Positions 1 through 9,578 of a stretch of DNA of 64,000 nt are shown piece after piece. Origin of the DNA: Thermoproteota archaeon (GTDB taxonomy: Archaea > Thermoproteota > Thermoprotei > Thermofilales > B9-G17); NCBI GenBank assembly GCA_029258885.1, contig JAPDJW010000002.1, positions 416,001 through 480,000 of the forward strand. The letters are read 5' to 3'. The position numbers and the translations under genes were made by a program. The notes beneath the pieces were generated by a model that did no database searches, had not been told where the DNA came from, and was given only the letters and a program-made list of their open reading frames with translations. Numbering within the stretch: position 1 is the first letter of the stretch; every line of letters starts with the position of its first letter.

Positions 1-170
1 TCAGCTAAACTAAAGACGGGGCTGGCGTAGCTCTCAAGTAGTTTTATTAATTCAAAACTTTTCATAGTTATATTGTTCATATATATGTATATAAGGTTAT
101 CATTTTCGATAACCTCATATACATGAAAATTCCCTAAAATATAATTTTTATACTGTAATTAAGAAGTATA

Positions 171-1328
171 CTACGTTGGAATTTTCTCTTCCTCAGGTGG
201 ATTCCAGTTTTTAGCAACTTTAGCTAGCCGCTTAAATAATAGCCTATTTTTCCTCTCAGCCTTATCCATAAGCCTACTAAGGAAGGATATTATCTCATCA
301 TATGTTTCCTTGTCAACGGGAAATGGTACTCCATCCTTTCCTCCAACTGCGTAAGCGAACTTAAATGGATCAACAGGATGAGTAACTGGGTCCTTCCATG
401 AAGGTGGTGTCTCGTAAATTAGCTCAGCCACTAGAGCCAGCCCCCTTAATGTACTTGGTCCAAACCCCTTAACCAGCAACAGATCTGAAAAACTGTCAAC
501 CGATATTTCTCTAGCAATGCTGAGTGCGGCTTTATTTATGGATACCTTGCCTAAAGACCTGTATTTCTTAACAGAACTGGATACCTTCTTGAAGTCATAC
601 GGGGTATAATATGACAATAGGGTATTACCCCTTGCAATCGCAAGTATAGTTTTAATATACCTTTCGATGGTTGAAGCTTTTTCTCCGGCTAGGTCGATAA
701 TTGTTCTCCTGAATTCGTCAATTCTCCTCGCCACAGTATTTAATGCATAGGTGTGTTTAATGCCGCTGATAGCCTTATGGGGTTCACGTTCAAAACTCTC
801 TAAAGTACCTGAGAACCAATGAAACCTCCTAGCCATCCTAACATCAGGATTCATACCCTGCTGAACAACAGCCCAATTACCCTCATTATCCACGAAGAAC
901 GTATGATGATACAGCGTATATCCACACTGTATTGCAACGTTATCAACTTTTGCAACAAGCCTAGATATACGTATAAATTCATCGGCATTTAAGCCATAGC
1001 TTGAACATATGCTTTTAAGCTCATCTGGTGTCCTCCTAGATTTCTTTCCCTTACCTCCAGCGGCCTTTATACCTATATTATCCTCAGATAATACCTGCTT
1101 AATAATTCCGCATGTAACTGTGGTTGAGCCCGAGCTATCCCAATCCATACCGATGAGATTATTTAAAGCTTGAAACCACACTGGATCAGATAACCGCTCC
1201 AAAACACCCTTAGTTCCATACTCGTCTGTAAGTATCTTTAAAACTATTCTCGTAAGCTTAATCATACGATTAGCTAGCCAATACGGAACTACGCCTCTAT
1301 GAAGCGGTAGATCAGCGTATCCGCGCAT
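171..1328 (-). CDS. DUF763 domain-containing protein
   Basis: 385 aa ORF. N-terminal ADLPLH..VPYWL, GMDWDSSGSTT, YHH, W.VVQQGMN and P.D..KFAYAVGGKDGVPFPV are recognisable DUF763 motifs. Confidence 0.9.
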   Translation of the reverse strand: MRGYADLPLHRGVVPYWLANRMIKLTRIVLKILTDEYGTKGVLERLSDPVWFQALNNLIGMDWDSSGSTTVTCGIIKQVLSEDNIGIKAAGGKGKKSRRTPDELKSICSSYGLNADEFIRISRLVAKVDNVAIQCGYTLYHHTFFVDNEGNWAVVQQGMNPDVRMARRFHWFSGTLESFEREPHKAISGIKHTYALNTVARRIDEFRRTIIDLAGEKASTIERYIKTILAIARGNTLLSYYTPYDFKKVSSSVKKYRSLGKVSINKAALSIAREISVDSFSDLLLVKGFGPSTLRGLALVAELIYETPPSWKDPVTHPVDPFKFAYAVGGKDGVPFPVDKETYDEIISFLSRLMDKAERKNRLLFKRLAKVAKNWNPPEEEKIPT

Positions 1329-1459
1329 AGTTACATGTTATATCCTAGATATCATCTAAGTAAACTTTTCGTTAAGTAAACTGCAAGTATTTCATGTAGC
1401 TATATGAAGAAATATTTAGAAAGATAGATTCCTAATAATTCATGGTAAACTAGTAAACC

Positions 1460-2560
1460 CTAGTTACTTTTCCTTTTAATTACATCCCACGTTCTAGGGT
1501 CTTCATGTCCAATCCTCCATGCAGCGAACTTATATATTCCCATTTCAACAGCTATACTTATCCTCAATTCAGTACTTTTAGCCGTCTGAAACCACACCTC
1601 GTGCTCCTCACTATTTAGTCTATACTTGAAGGTAGCCTCCCCGCTATTTAAATCAAAAACTATCTTAGCACCATACTTCTCTGCAAGACTTATTGATTGA
1701 TTAAAGGATACACCCTTGCCTCTACCTCCAATTGGCCAATCATACCCATAGAACGGTATTCCAGCAACAATTTTTTCCTTAGGAACTGTCGATAAAGCAT
1801 ACTCTAGGACTTTCTTAAACCAGTTGATCGGGGAGATTGGTCCCGGCTGGCTTCCAGAGTAGTGATAGTCGTAAATCATTATAATGAATAGGTCGGTATA
1901 GTTTGCAAGAGCACTATAGTCGTATGCCCCGCTCCATCCACTATACGTTTCGGAGGTTTTAGCAACGACATCTATCGAGACTATCTTATCATATTCCTTC
2001 AGCTTTAAGTATAGTAGTCTCATGAACTCGGTTAAATTATCCCTATCCTCAGGCGGTATATTCTCGAAGTCGATATTAACGCCGTCATAGCCGCGCTTAA
2101 TGACTAGTTTCACGATATCGTCGATAACCTTATCCCTAATATCGGGATCAGATAGAATCTTATGTATTAGGTCTCTTTTAAAGCCCTTATTGGCTATAAG
2201 AGGAAGAACCTTAACTCCCCACTCACGGCACTTATAGACTAGCTCCTCAACATAGGTTCTCTCAATCAAGCTAAAGTTCTCGTCAATATAATACCAGACG
2301 GGTGAAACCCAGGTAAATCTATCATGCTTATCGTAGAAGACGGCTATGCTATTTGGATCGTAGTCCACAACCCAGCCGAGAAACTCTACTTCAAAGCTCT
2401 TAAGATCCTTATAGGATTCATCCAGGGGGATAGGCTTAATATTCCTCACCTCAACCCACGGTAAAACCTCAGGCATAAACATATATAAAAACATTATCAC
2501 ATTAAAAATGAAAGCAAGTAGGAAGAGGACGATAATAATCTTTCTCAAGATAAACCCCAA
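1460..2560 (-). CDS. Membrane-anchored glycoside hydrolase family 18 (chitinase-like / YdhD-YaaH-like)
   Basis: N-terminal hydrophobic anchor; GH18 catalytic motif DGVNIDFE intact; MIYDYH, GIPFYG and AAWRIG motifs. Confidence 0.85.
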   Translation of the reverse strand: MGFILRKIIIVLFLLAFIFNVIMFLYMFMPEVLPWVEVRNIKPIPLDESYKDLKSFEVEFLGWVVDYDPNSIAVFYDKHDRFTWVSPVWYYIDENFSLIERTYVEELVYKCREWGVKVLPLIANKGFKRDLIHKILSDPDIRDKVIDDIVKLVIKRGYDGVNIDFENIPPEDRDNLTEFMRLLYLKLKEYDKIVSIDVVAKTSETYSGWSGAYDYSALANYTDLFIIMIYDYHYSGSQPGPISPINWFKKVLEYALSTVPKEKIVAGIPFYGYDWPIGGRGKGVSFNQSISLAEKYGAKIVFDLNSGEATFKYRLNSEEHEVWFQTAKSTELRISIAVEMGIYKFAAWRIGHEDPRTWDVIKRKSN

Positions 2561-2611
2561 TTAAAGATACCTAACAAACATATTAAATTTCTTGAGCGTG
2601 CTAGTTTCCCT

Positions 2612-3487
2612 CTATTTGCCAATCCTTTTATGGACTATAATACCGGATACTATTAATGTTAAACCGATGATAGTTGAGGAAGATATGGTTTCGCCCACCG
2701 TTAAACGTATGAAGAGGAGGGAGATAAAGGGCACAACGTATATAAGGTTACTTATATATGCCGTTTTCTTCGATAGGGTTAGTGCCTTAAGCCATAGAAG
2801 AAATGTTACACCCATTTCAAATAATCCAATATAAATTGCGCCAGCTAGTCCCTCAAATGGCACAGCTAGCGGAATAGAGTTGAGTAGAATGATGGCATAA
2901 ATATAAATGGTGCCGAACAGGAAGTTCAGGAATAATTTCAAAATTTCATCACGTTTATCCCTGACATTTAGCGTCCAGTAGAAAGCCCAAATAAACGCGC
3001 TACATAAGGCATAAAATACGCCCGAGTATTTAAATGCCGTGTACTCTATAGCTCTAGCACCAGATATAACTACTACAACTCCTATAAAGCTGACTAGTAG
3101 GGCAGCTATTTCCTTCAACCCTACCCTCTGGCTAAGAATTATAGTTGATAGCAGGGCTATAGCTATAGGCCAGGTATAGTTTAAGGATTGAGCTATCTGA
3201 GCTGGCAGCAGAGAATATGCCTTAAACAGTACAGTGTAGTAGAGGAGTGGATTCAGGAAGCCTAGAAGCGCCGAATACATGTAATCCCTTAAACTATACA
3301 ACCTAAGCATATCCACCTTATTAAATGCAACAATAGCTACTGAAAACACTATAAACGACGTTATGGATGAATAGAAGAGCATCTGCAGAACATTTAGGTA
3401 GTGTAACGTTATCTTAAATGCAGAGGCAACGGTAGACCATAAAAGAATTACCGTAATAGCGTAGCAATACGCCCTATCTAAACGCAT
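2612..3487 (-). CDS. DMT/EamA family transporter
   Basis: 291 aa with about 10 hydrophobic segments in two repeats; LNYTWP motif. Confidence 0.88.
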   Translation of the reverse strand: MRLDRAYCYAITVILLWSTVASAFKITLHYLNVLQMLFYSSITSFIVFSVAIVAFNKVDMLRLYSLRDYMYSALLGFLNPLLYYTVLFKAYSLLPAQIAQSLNYTWPIAIALLSTIILSQRVGLKEIAALLVSFIGVVVVISGARAIEYTAFKYSGVFYALCSAFIWAFYWTLNVRDKRDEILKLFLNFLFGTIYIYAIILLNSIPLAVPFEGLAGAIYIGLFEMGVTFLLWLKALTLSKKTAYISNLIYVVPFISLLFIRLTVGETISSSTIIGLTLIVSGIIVHKRIGK

Positions 3488-3512
3488 ACCTAAATAATAC
3501 GGTTCCTCAGCT

Positions 3513-5183
3513 TTAATACTTCCTAGTTATTGAAACATAGTATAGCGAGGTTAGTGAAGTTGCTGCCAGCGATAAGAGCAGTATAAAGTTTACAATACCC
3601 ATTGACTCTAGACCACAATATAGAATCCAAGCTAATCCTAAGCCTATCCTCTCAATACCTAGAAACACCGTCATAGAGCCAATCATTATCATAACCTGAA
3701 TTAACGATAGCAACAGTAGTAATGTATTATATAGCCTATTATACTTCTTAATCCTACTAAAGAGAGGAGTAGCGAATACCGTTGGGGTGACTATAAACAG
3801 GCTGCCAACGGGGTTGAATATAGACACTACAACAGCTTCAATGAAAAGTACAAGCTTAGATACCAGCCTTAAGGCGGAGGCTATCTCGTAATCCACCTTT
3901 ATTCTCGGAGCGACAATAATCCTTAATAAAATAATATATAATATCGTTGATGCAGCAACTATGTAGTGTAGGTATTCAAATAGCCTTATCCCTCGGGTAA
4001 ACCAAAGCGCTAGAACTACAGCTTCCGGCGCCATATAGGTGAGCATAAACGTGAGCAGAAACATCGAGAATAAAACTATAGGATACATAGATATCCTAGC
4101 GCCAGCCTTAATGTCATAAATTAGGGATACCAGCAATGGAATGCATAGCGAGAGCGCAAGCAAGTATATGATTGGCTCGCCTATAAAGCCGCTATCAAGG
4201 AAGAGGTAATTTACACCATATGATCCGATATCAGCTCTATCAACAGTTAGCACAAACCTCTCGAGAAACTCACCAACATACTGTAGCCTTTCAGGGGAAA
4301 CCTTATCAATGCTATCCTCGGGTGTATGCCAGTATGGATATAGCGGGTAGTCGCCTATACCAACAGCAGGTATTCCAGCATCAATGAACGGCATAGAATC
4401 CGTTCCTGCAGTAGCTAAGCCGAGCCTATAGACGACCTGTTCAAGGAAGCCGTTCGGAGTAAATACTTCAATTTTAACGTTATAACCAAGCTTCTCCAGC
4501 TGAAACATTACTAGGAGTATATTGGCGTCACTAGCCCTATATGACCAACTTATAAAGGCATACAACCCGATACCCGTCGAATTACGCCAGCCACACATGT
4601 CGATGCTGACAGCATACCTAACCTTATCGATCTCAGGAAAACTTCTAACAAAATTTTCAGCTCCATGCAGTCCAGTTTCCTCAGAGTCCGAAACTAGGAA
4701 GATAATCGAATATCGAGTATCCCTATCCTTAAGAGCCCTTGCAAGCTCTAGGAGAATTGCAACGCCAGCACCGTTATCATTAGCTCCCTCAATAGTCCTG
4801 GGAACAATATCCCTATGAGCCACGAGGACTATGTACTCATCGGTTAAGCCGTGCTTTACAGCATATACATTAATTCCAACAACGCTTTCACGTTTAAAAT
4901 TAACAGTAGAGAAGTTAATCACATAGGTCTCCAAGTCTAGGGATTTAAAGTAGTCCTCAACCCAAAGTGCAGCTAACGAGTCATTCAAGGTACCAACTAC
5001 CCTATACTTGTAATTACGTACTAAATGCTTCAATAACGAATAGGCTTTAGTGCCGTTAAAACACGTGTCACCGCTATAGACGTCGATATTAATATTTGTT
5101 TGAAGGCTTAAAACTAGGATAATTAACGGAATAATATATGAGACTGCAAAAACATTTTTCTTCATCGAAAAACACCATGTCAT
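3513..5183 (-). CDS. Membrane-bound M28 family metallopeptidase
   Basis: Signal-like N-terminus; Zn-ligand motifs AHRD, GANDNGAG, SEETG, SIDM and YWHTPED; C-terminal multi-TM region. Confidence 0.85.
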   Translation of the reverse strand: MTWCFSMKKNVFAVSYIIPLIILVLSLQTNINIDVYSGDTCFNGTKAYSLLKHLVRNYKYRVVGTLNDSLAALWVEDYFKSLDLETYVINFSTVNFKRESVVGINVYAVKHGLTDEYIVLVAHRDIVPRTIEGANDNGAGVAILLELARALKDRDTRYSIIFLVSDSEETGLHGAENFVRSFPEIDKVRYAVSIDMCGWRNSTGIGLYAFISWSYRASDANILLVMFQLEKLGYNVKIEVFTPNGFLEQVVYRLGLATAGTDSMPFIDAGIPAVGIGDYPLYPYWHTPEDSIDKVSPERLQYVGEFLERFVLTVDRADIGSYGVNYLFLDSGFIGEPIIYLLALSLCIPLLVSLIYDIKAGARISMYPIVLFSMFLLTFMLTYMAPEAVVLALWFTRGIRLFEYLHYIVAASTILYIILLRIIVAPRIKVDYEIASALRLVSKLVLFIEAVVVSIFNPVGSLFIVTPTVFATPLFSRIKKYNRLYNTLLLLLSLIQVMIMIGSMTVFLGIERIGLGLAWILYCGLESMGIVNFILLLSLAATSLTSLYYVSITRKY

Positions 5184-5274
5184 AGGCTAGTATTTATAGT
5201 GATTTCTACTGCTTATTTATGTATTCTTCTAGAAAAGTACATTTAAAGCTCTTAGCGGCAAGTCTAACCCGCTA

Positions 5275-5920
5275 GCTATTATATAACTCTAGTAGGAAGA
5301 AGAGTAGTTTCTCCCTATCTACTACCTGAACATCGATTTCATACGCATTCCTATAATAGTATACCTTACCATATTTCCTAAACATATGCTCCTGAACTAT
5401 TTGCTCATATAATGCTGACTCAAGATACGGCGTACCCGTCCAGTCTGAAAAAAAGCTGGAGAAGCAAGGGATCCCGGAAAAAGAACTTTTTCTCCCGCCG
5501 ATAGAGGATCCTCCTCTGTCTAAGGTAAGCCACGTTAATTAAGTAGAGGTCACAGAAGAACTCTATATAGCTTTGAACAACCTTATAGGAATACCCAGAG
5601 GTCCTTGTAGCGAGAGCCCTATAGCTCGCTGAAGATGGGGAAGTAGATATAATAGATGATAGTACCTCTCTTGCTATTTCAAGACTTCTACCATATCGCA
5701 CTATTTCACCGATATAGGCAGACAGAATATCATCATACGGGTATTCATTTATACTTGGAGGAAATCCCCCAGTTACAATATACTTCTCAAATAACTCCTC
5801 TATCTCCCCCGGATGTAGTTCAGGCTCGATATTGTACAACCTAACGTATTCTGAAAAACTTAAAGGCATAACCTCAATCGTAACTCCTTCTCTCTCCTAC
5901 CGGGAAAAAACTCCACATCC
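5275..5920 (-). pseudogene. Truncated, frameshifted AAA+ ATPase/DUF4143-family gene
   Basis: ORF 5420..5869 (MPLSFSEY...YIVTGGFP...KFFFRDPL) lacks the Walker A N-terminus. Upstream FPGRR residues lie in another frame. After a T7 run (A7 on + at about 5448-5454) the product continues in a shifted frame as FSDWTG...LYEQIVQEH...YYYRNAYEIDV. Confidence 0.75.
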
Positions 5921-5922
5921 CG

Positions 5923-5958
5923 TCTAACTTAATCCCTGGTGGGGGGATTAAGTCTAGA
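5923..5958. repeat. Inverted repeat / hairpin at the truncation point of the ATPase pseudogene
   Basis: ACTTAATCCC (5927-5936) and GGGATTAAGT (5944-5953) form a perfect 10-bp stem with a 7-nt loop, extended by TCTA/TAGA with one bulge. Confidence 0.7.
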
Positions 5959-6121
5959 TAGAAAGCCAGATATCATGAGAACTTATATTTCTCAAAAATA
6001 TAAAAATTGCGAATTTAATATTCTCACAATAATATATAAACATTGAGAAAAACTTATATCTTCACTATATATTTAATTACCTCCTATAGCATAATTAAAA
6101 AAATAACTACTTAAACTGAAT

Positions 6122-6544
6122 CTACCTAAACCTTCTCCTACCTCCTCTGCCTCTACGGAATCCTCTCCTAAATCCAGGTATTCTTTGCTCAGATAGGTTA
6201 TTTTCCTCATTAACTTCCTCAATTTCCTCCTCAGACTTCTCCACAGAGCCCCTACGGCCAACATTAAGCCTAAGGGAATTCCTGAAGACGCTTACATAGC
6301 CGTTCTTAACAACTATAGTGGAGCCCTCATGCTCCCTAACAGTATCTATATTATCATCCCAAAGAGTCATCTTAATAACTCCAGTCTCGTCGCCAACTAA
6401 TGCCTCAGCGACCCTATGCCCCATGCCGTCATGTCTGGATACAACGGTTTTCTCAGAGCCTACCTCTAGCACCTTAACCCTTATATCAAATCCTCGAGAG
6501 GAGGTATTTAGTTCTCTAACCTTAACCAACCTACTTTCTCCCAT
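6122..6544 (-). CDS. ssb: Crenarchaeal-type single-stranded DNA-binding protein (single OB fold, Arg/Gly tail)
   Basis: KVRELN...VKVL...VAEALVGDETGVIKMTLWD...NG.V..FR..LRLNVGRRG is an SSB OB fold. The start is moved to ATG at 6544 (MGESRLVK) because a GTGAT RBS-like motif precedes it. Confidence 0.85.
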   Translation of the reverse strand: MGESRLVKVRELNTSSRGFDIRVKVLEVGSEKTVVSRHDGMGHRVAEALVGDETGVIKMTLWDDNIDTVREHEGSTIVVKNGYVSVFRNSLRLNVGRRGSVEKSEEEIEEVNEENNLSEQRIPGFRRGFRRGRGGRRRFR

Positions 6545-6758
6545 CCTAATCACTTGGCTAATGCAGGACATAAGGCGGGCAACACATATTAATACTTTTC
6601 TATTCACGAAGCTATTTGATAATTAATTCACAAGAAATACACCATATTGATGCAGAACGTTAACCCACTTACGTACACATAATAAAAACTAATTACCATG
6701 ATAGCTTCTATCATATAGGGAAAAGAAATGTACTTTCCATTGAATGGTGTAGGCAGAT

Positions 6759-7650
6759 GTGCAGCATGATAGATGTCAAGTTGAAGTAGATGTTTCTCCA
6801 CTTGAAAACATGTTAAAGATAATTAATTATCTTAAAAAACGTGAGCGCATTAAATTCTCTCAGCTAAAGGAACTCCTTAATAGTAGAGCCTATAGATACA
6901 TGCTTTTCACTCCCTTCCTAATAATGATGATAATTGCCGGCTTCCTATGGTCGTGTCTCCACTACATCGAAACTACGCCATTTAGTAGGAAATTCTCCCT
7001 CTCCCTTAAACTTACCAGTACGCTGGGAGTATGCGGTCCCATAAAGATGTGTATTATATATGTAATATTCATTGTCATCGGCATATTCATCTTCATAACT
7101 TCCATACCATTCTCAACAGCGGAACTATTCTACTCCCTCTTCAGAAGCTCACCTTCTACACGTTTATAGTCTTCATAATACCAAGCATCTCCGGCCTAAT
7201 CGAAGCACACATATACTATAGGCACGGATACCATATGAAAAACTATTCCTAGGCCTCATATTAAAGAACACAATTATACTAATCTTCATACTCATCCACG
7301 GATTAATGTTTAAGATAAATCTAATAAGCTACCTTAACTCACAAAACATACTATATATAGCATGGAGCTTCATATTTTCAGGCCTACACTTCCCGGAATC
7401 TATACCGATCAGCAAAAAGATAAAAGCTATCTCTAATAGCAGCTAAAAAGATAGAACTAACGTAATTTCCAAATCTTAGTGTGGAGCATCTATGTACCTA
7501 TATGGTACACTACTATATGGCTAGGTACACAAACTCATCTACATCCATCCGCCGAAAGGATACATATTATATACCGCACAAAGCCTCAACGTAAACACAA
7601 GAATAAATTAATGAATAGAAGCAAAAGCCTAACAGCAACCACAGAACCGA
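6759..7650 (+). pseudogene. Possible degraded membrane-protein gene (short basic N-terminal region plus hydrophobic segments across several frames)
   Basis: ORF 6759..7169 has two TM-like segments. Hydrophobic peptides continue in other frames (FIVFIIPSISGLI..., IILIFILIHGLMFKINLISY...AWSFIFSG). No family was recognised. Confidence 0.3.
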
Positions 7651-7677
7651 AAGCCTTTTATAGTATTTTATAATTAA

Positions 7678-7705
7678 AAGTCTCAGACTTTAAAGTCTGA
7701 GACTT
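7678..7705. promoter_or_regulatory. Perfect 28-bp palindrome (putative operator) 6 bp upstream of the ATPase start
   Basis: AAGTCTCAGACTTTAAAGTCTGAGACTT equals its own reverse complement. It lies just downstream of an AT-rich TATA-like tract. Confidence 0.7.
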
Positions 7706-7711
7706 GAGAGT

Positions 7712-9103
7712 ATGAAATTCATAAATCGAGAGATCGAACTTGAAGTCCTGGAGGAAGCTTGTAGAAGCGGAAAGGCGGAGCTAGTTATAATCTACGGTAG
7801 AAGGAGGATAGGTAAAACAACCCTACTTTCGGTTTTTGCTAAACATAGAAACGCCATATATCTTATAGTAAACTTTGATGAACGTGAACCAGCTCTAAGG
7901 GATTTAACGTCACAATTTCTAGACCAAGTAAAACTGCCATATACACCGTTAATTCAGTCTTTTTCAGACCTATACCTACTCTTTAATCAAGTTAATGCAT
8001 CAATCATTATAATAGATGAATTTCAAAGGCTACACAACACGGGCGGCGTAACAGAGCTACAGCATATCTGGGACCGGCATCTATCTAAAGGCCATAAGAT
8101 AATCATCCTATGCGGATCATCCGTAGGAATGATGGAGAGGATAGGCTTATCCTATGAATCGCCGCTCTACGGTAGAGCAACCAGAGTACTAAAGATAAAG
8201 GAGCTAGACTACGGAGCAGCTAGAAGCTTCGTGGAAAAATACGGTGAAGAGGATAAAGTTAGAACATACGCAGTTTTCGGGGGGACGCCTGGCTACCTTG
8301 CACTGATAGACGATGAAAAATCCCTGCTCCAGAACATTAAAAACCTAATACTGGATCCAGGCGCAACACTGAGAGAGGAACCGCTAACTCTACTATCCAT
8401 GGAACTCAGGGAGCCCACCAGATACATACAGGTTCTTGAGGCAATAGCCCAGGGAGCAACAAAGCTAGGGGAAATAGCCAGCAAAACGGGCTTCAAGACA
8501 AGCGACATAGCCAAATACATCCGAATACTAGAGAAAGAGCTGGATCTCATAGAGAGAAAATACCCGATACTGGAGGAGGGAAAGAGGGGGAAAGCTAGAT
8601 ACTACCTTAAAAACAACTTCTTCAAATTCTGGTTCAGCTACATATTCCCCCATATAAACCTGCTGGAATTCGGTCTACAGGATAGAGTACTCGACATAAT
8701 CGAGAGGAATATAGACATCTATACATCAAAAGTATTCGAGGATATAGCGCTACAACACTTCATAAGCCTCTCACATGAAGGAGCCTTCGAATTCACAAAA
8801 ATAGGGAAATGGTGGCAAAAGGACATAGAAATAGATATAGTGGCAATAGACGAGAAAAAACTAAATACATACTTCATAGAAGTAAAGTGGACTAAAAAGC
8901 CCGTAGACAAGAGGGAGCTATACAAGCTAATATCAAAAGCCCAGGAATTTCCATGGATGAGGGATAGGAGAAGGGAAACATACGTAATGTATTCAAAAGC
9001 TGGATACACGTTCGAAAAGGAGGAAAACATATACACGTTTACGTTAAAAGATATTCAAACCCATTTCAGCAAGAATAAACCTAAAATAAAGGTTATAAAC
9101 TAG
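7712..9103 (+). CDS. Archaeal AAA+ ATPase with wHTH and DUF234 (PD-(D/E)xK-like) C-terminus
   Basis: KFINREIEL start; Walker A YGRRRIGKT; Walker B IIIDEFQ; LCGSS; SPLYGR; FGGTPGYL; C-terminal KWW..EIDIVA...IEVKW. Confidence 0.9.
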   Translation: MKFINREIELEVLEEACRSGKAELVIIYGRRRIGKTTLLSVFAKHRNAIYLIVNFDEREPALRDLTSQFLDQVKLPYTPLIQSFSDLYLLFNQVNASIIIIDEFQRLHNTGGVTELQHIWDRHLSKGHKIIILCGSSVGMMERIGLSYESPLYGRATRVLKIKELDYGAARSFVEKYGEEDKVRTYAVFGGTPGYLALIDDEKSLLQNIKNLILDPGATLREEPLTLLSMELREPTRYIQVLEAIAQGATKLGEIASKTGFKTSDIAKYIRILEKELDLIERKYPILEEGKRGKARYYLKNNFFKFWFSYIFPHINLLEFGLQDRVLDIIERNIDIYTSKVFEDIALQHFISLSHEGAFEFTKIGKWWQKDIEIDIVAIDEKKLNTYFIEVKWTKKPVDKRELYKLISKAQEFPWMRDRRRETYVMYSKAGYTFEKEENIYTFTLKDIQTHFSKNKPKIKVIN

Positions 9104-9129
9104 GAGGCATTTAGGATTTTGCAAATAAC

Positions 9130-9415
9130 TAAACTCCTAAAAGATTACTTAACAGCAATGCTACTCGATACAGCACGTAAATCGTCCTCATCCAATACAA
9201 CCCCTAAAACCATTCACAATTCTATAGCACGCTCTTTATCAACCTCAACACGATAGGTCAAAAGCCAGCATTAACCAGCTTACGTAAATGCGCAATAAGC
9301 AGAGGCTTCGAAATACCAAGACTCTCCCTAAGCTCTCTCCTCAGCCAAATCTCCAGACACTAAACTACTCCCTCAGCTCCTCAATATCCTAAAGTCTAGG
9401 ATAGCTTCAAGGAGT
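9130..9415 (-). pseudogene. Degraded ArsR-like winged-HTH regulator
   Basis: My translation of the minus strand gives RRELRESLGISKPLLIAHLRKLVNAGF* followed by TYRVEVDKERAI in another frame. Several stops and frameshifts are present. Confidence 0.55.
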
Positions 9416-9442
9416 ATATTTTCGGAGAGACTTAAACACCCC

Positions 9443-9464
9443 TATCAGCGGATTACCGCTGATA
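9443..9464. repeat. 9-bp inverted repeat upstream of the HTH remnant (putative operator)
   Basis: TATCAGCGG-ATTA-CCGCTGATA, adjacent to a minus-strand TTTAAG TATA-like box at 9431-9436. Confidence 0.5.
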
Positions 9465-9578
9465 AAATACCCTTTTCATTCTCCTCTACTACCTATTCTA
9501 CTGCATATGGTGTTTAAGTCTCTCTATATGAGAATGCGAATTTGGATGAGGTATTAGGTTAAAAATAATCTGGGGATT

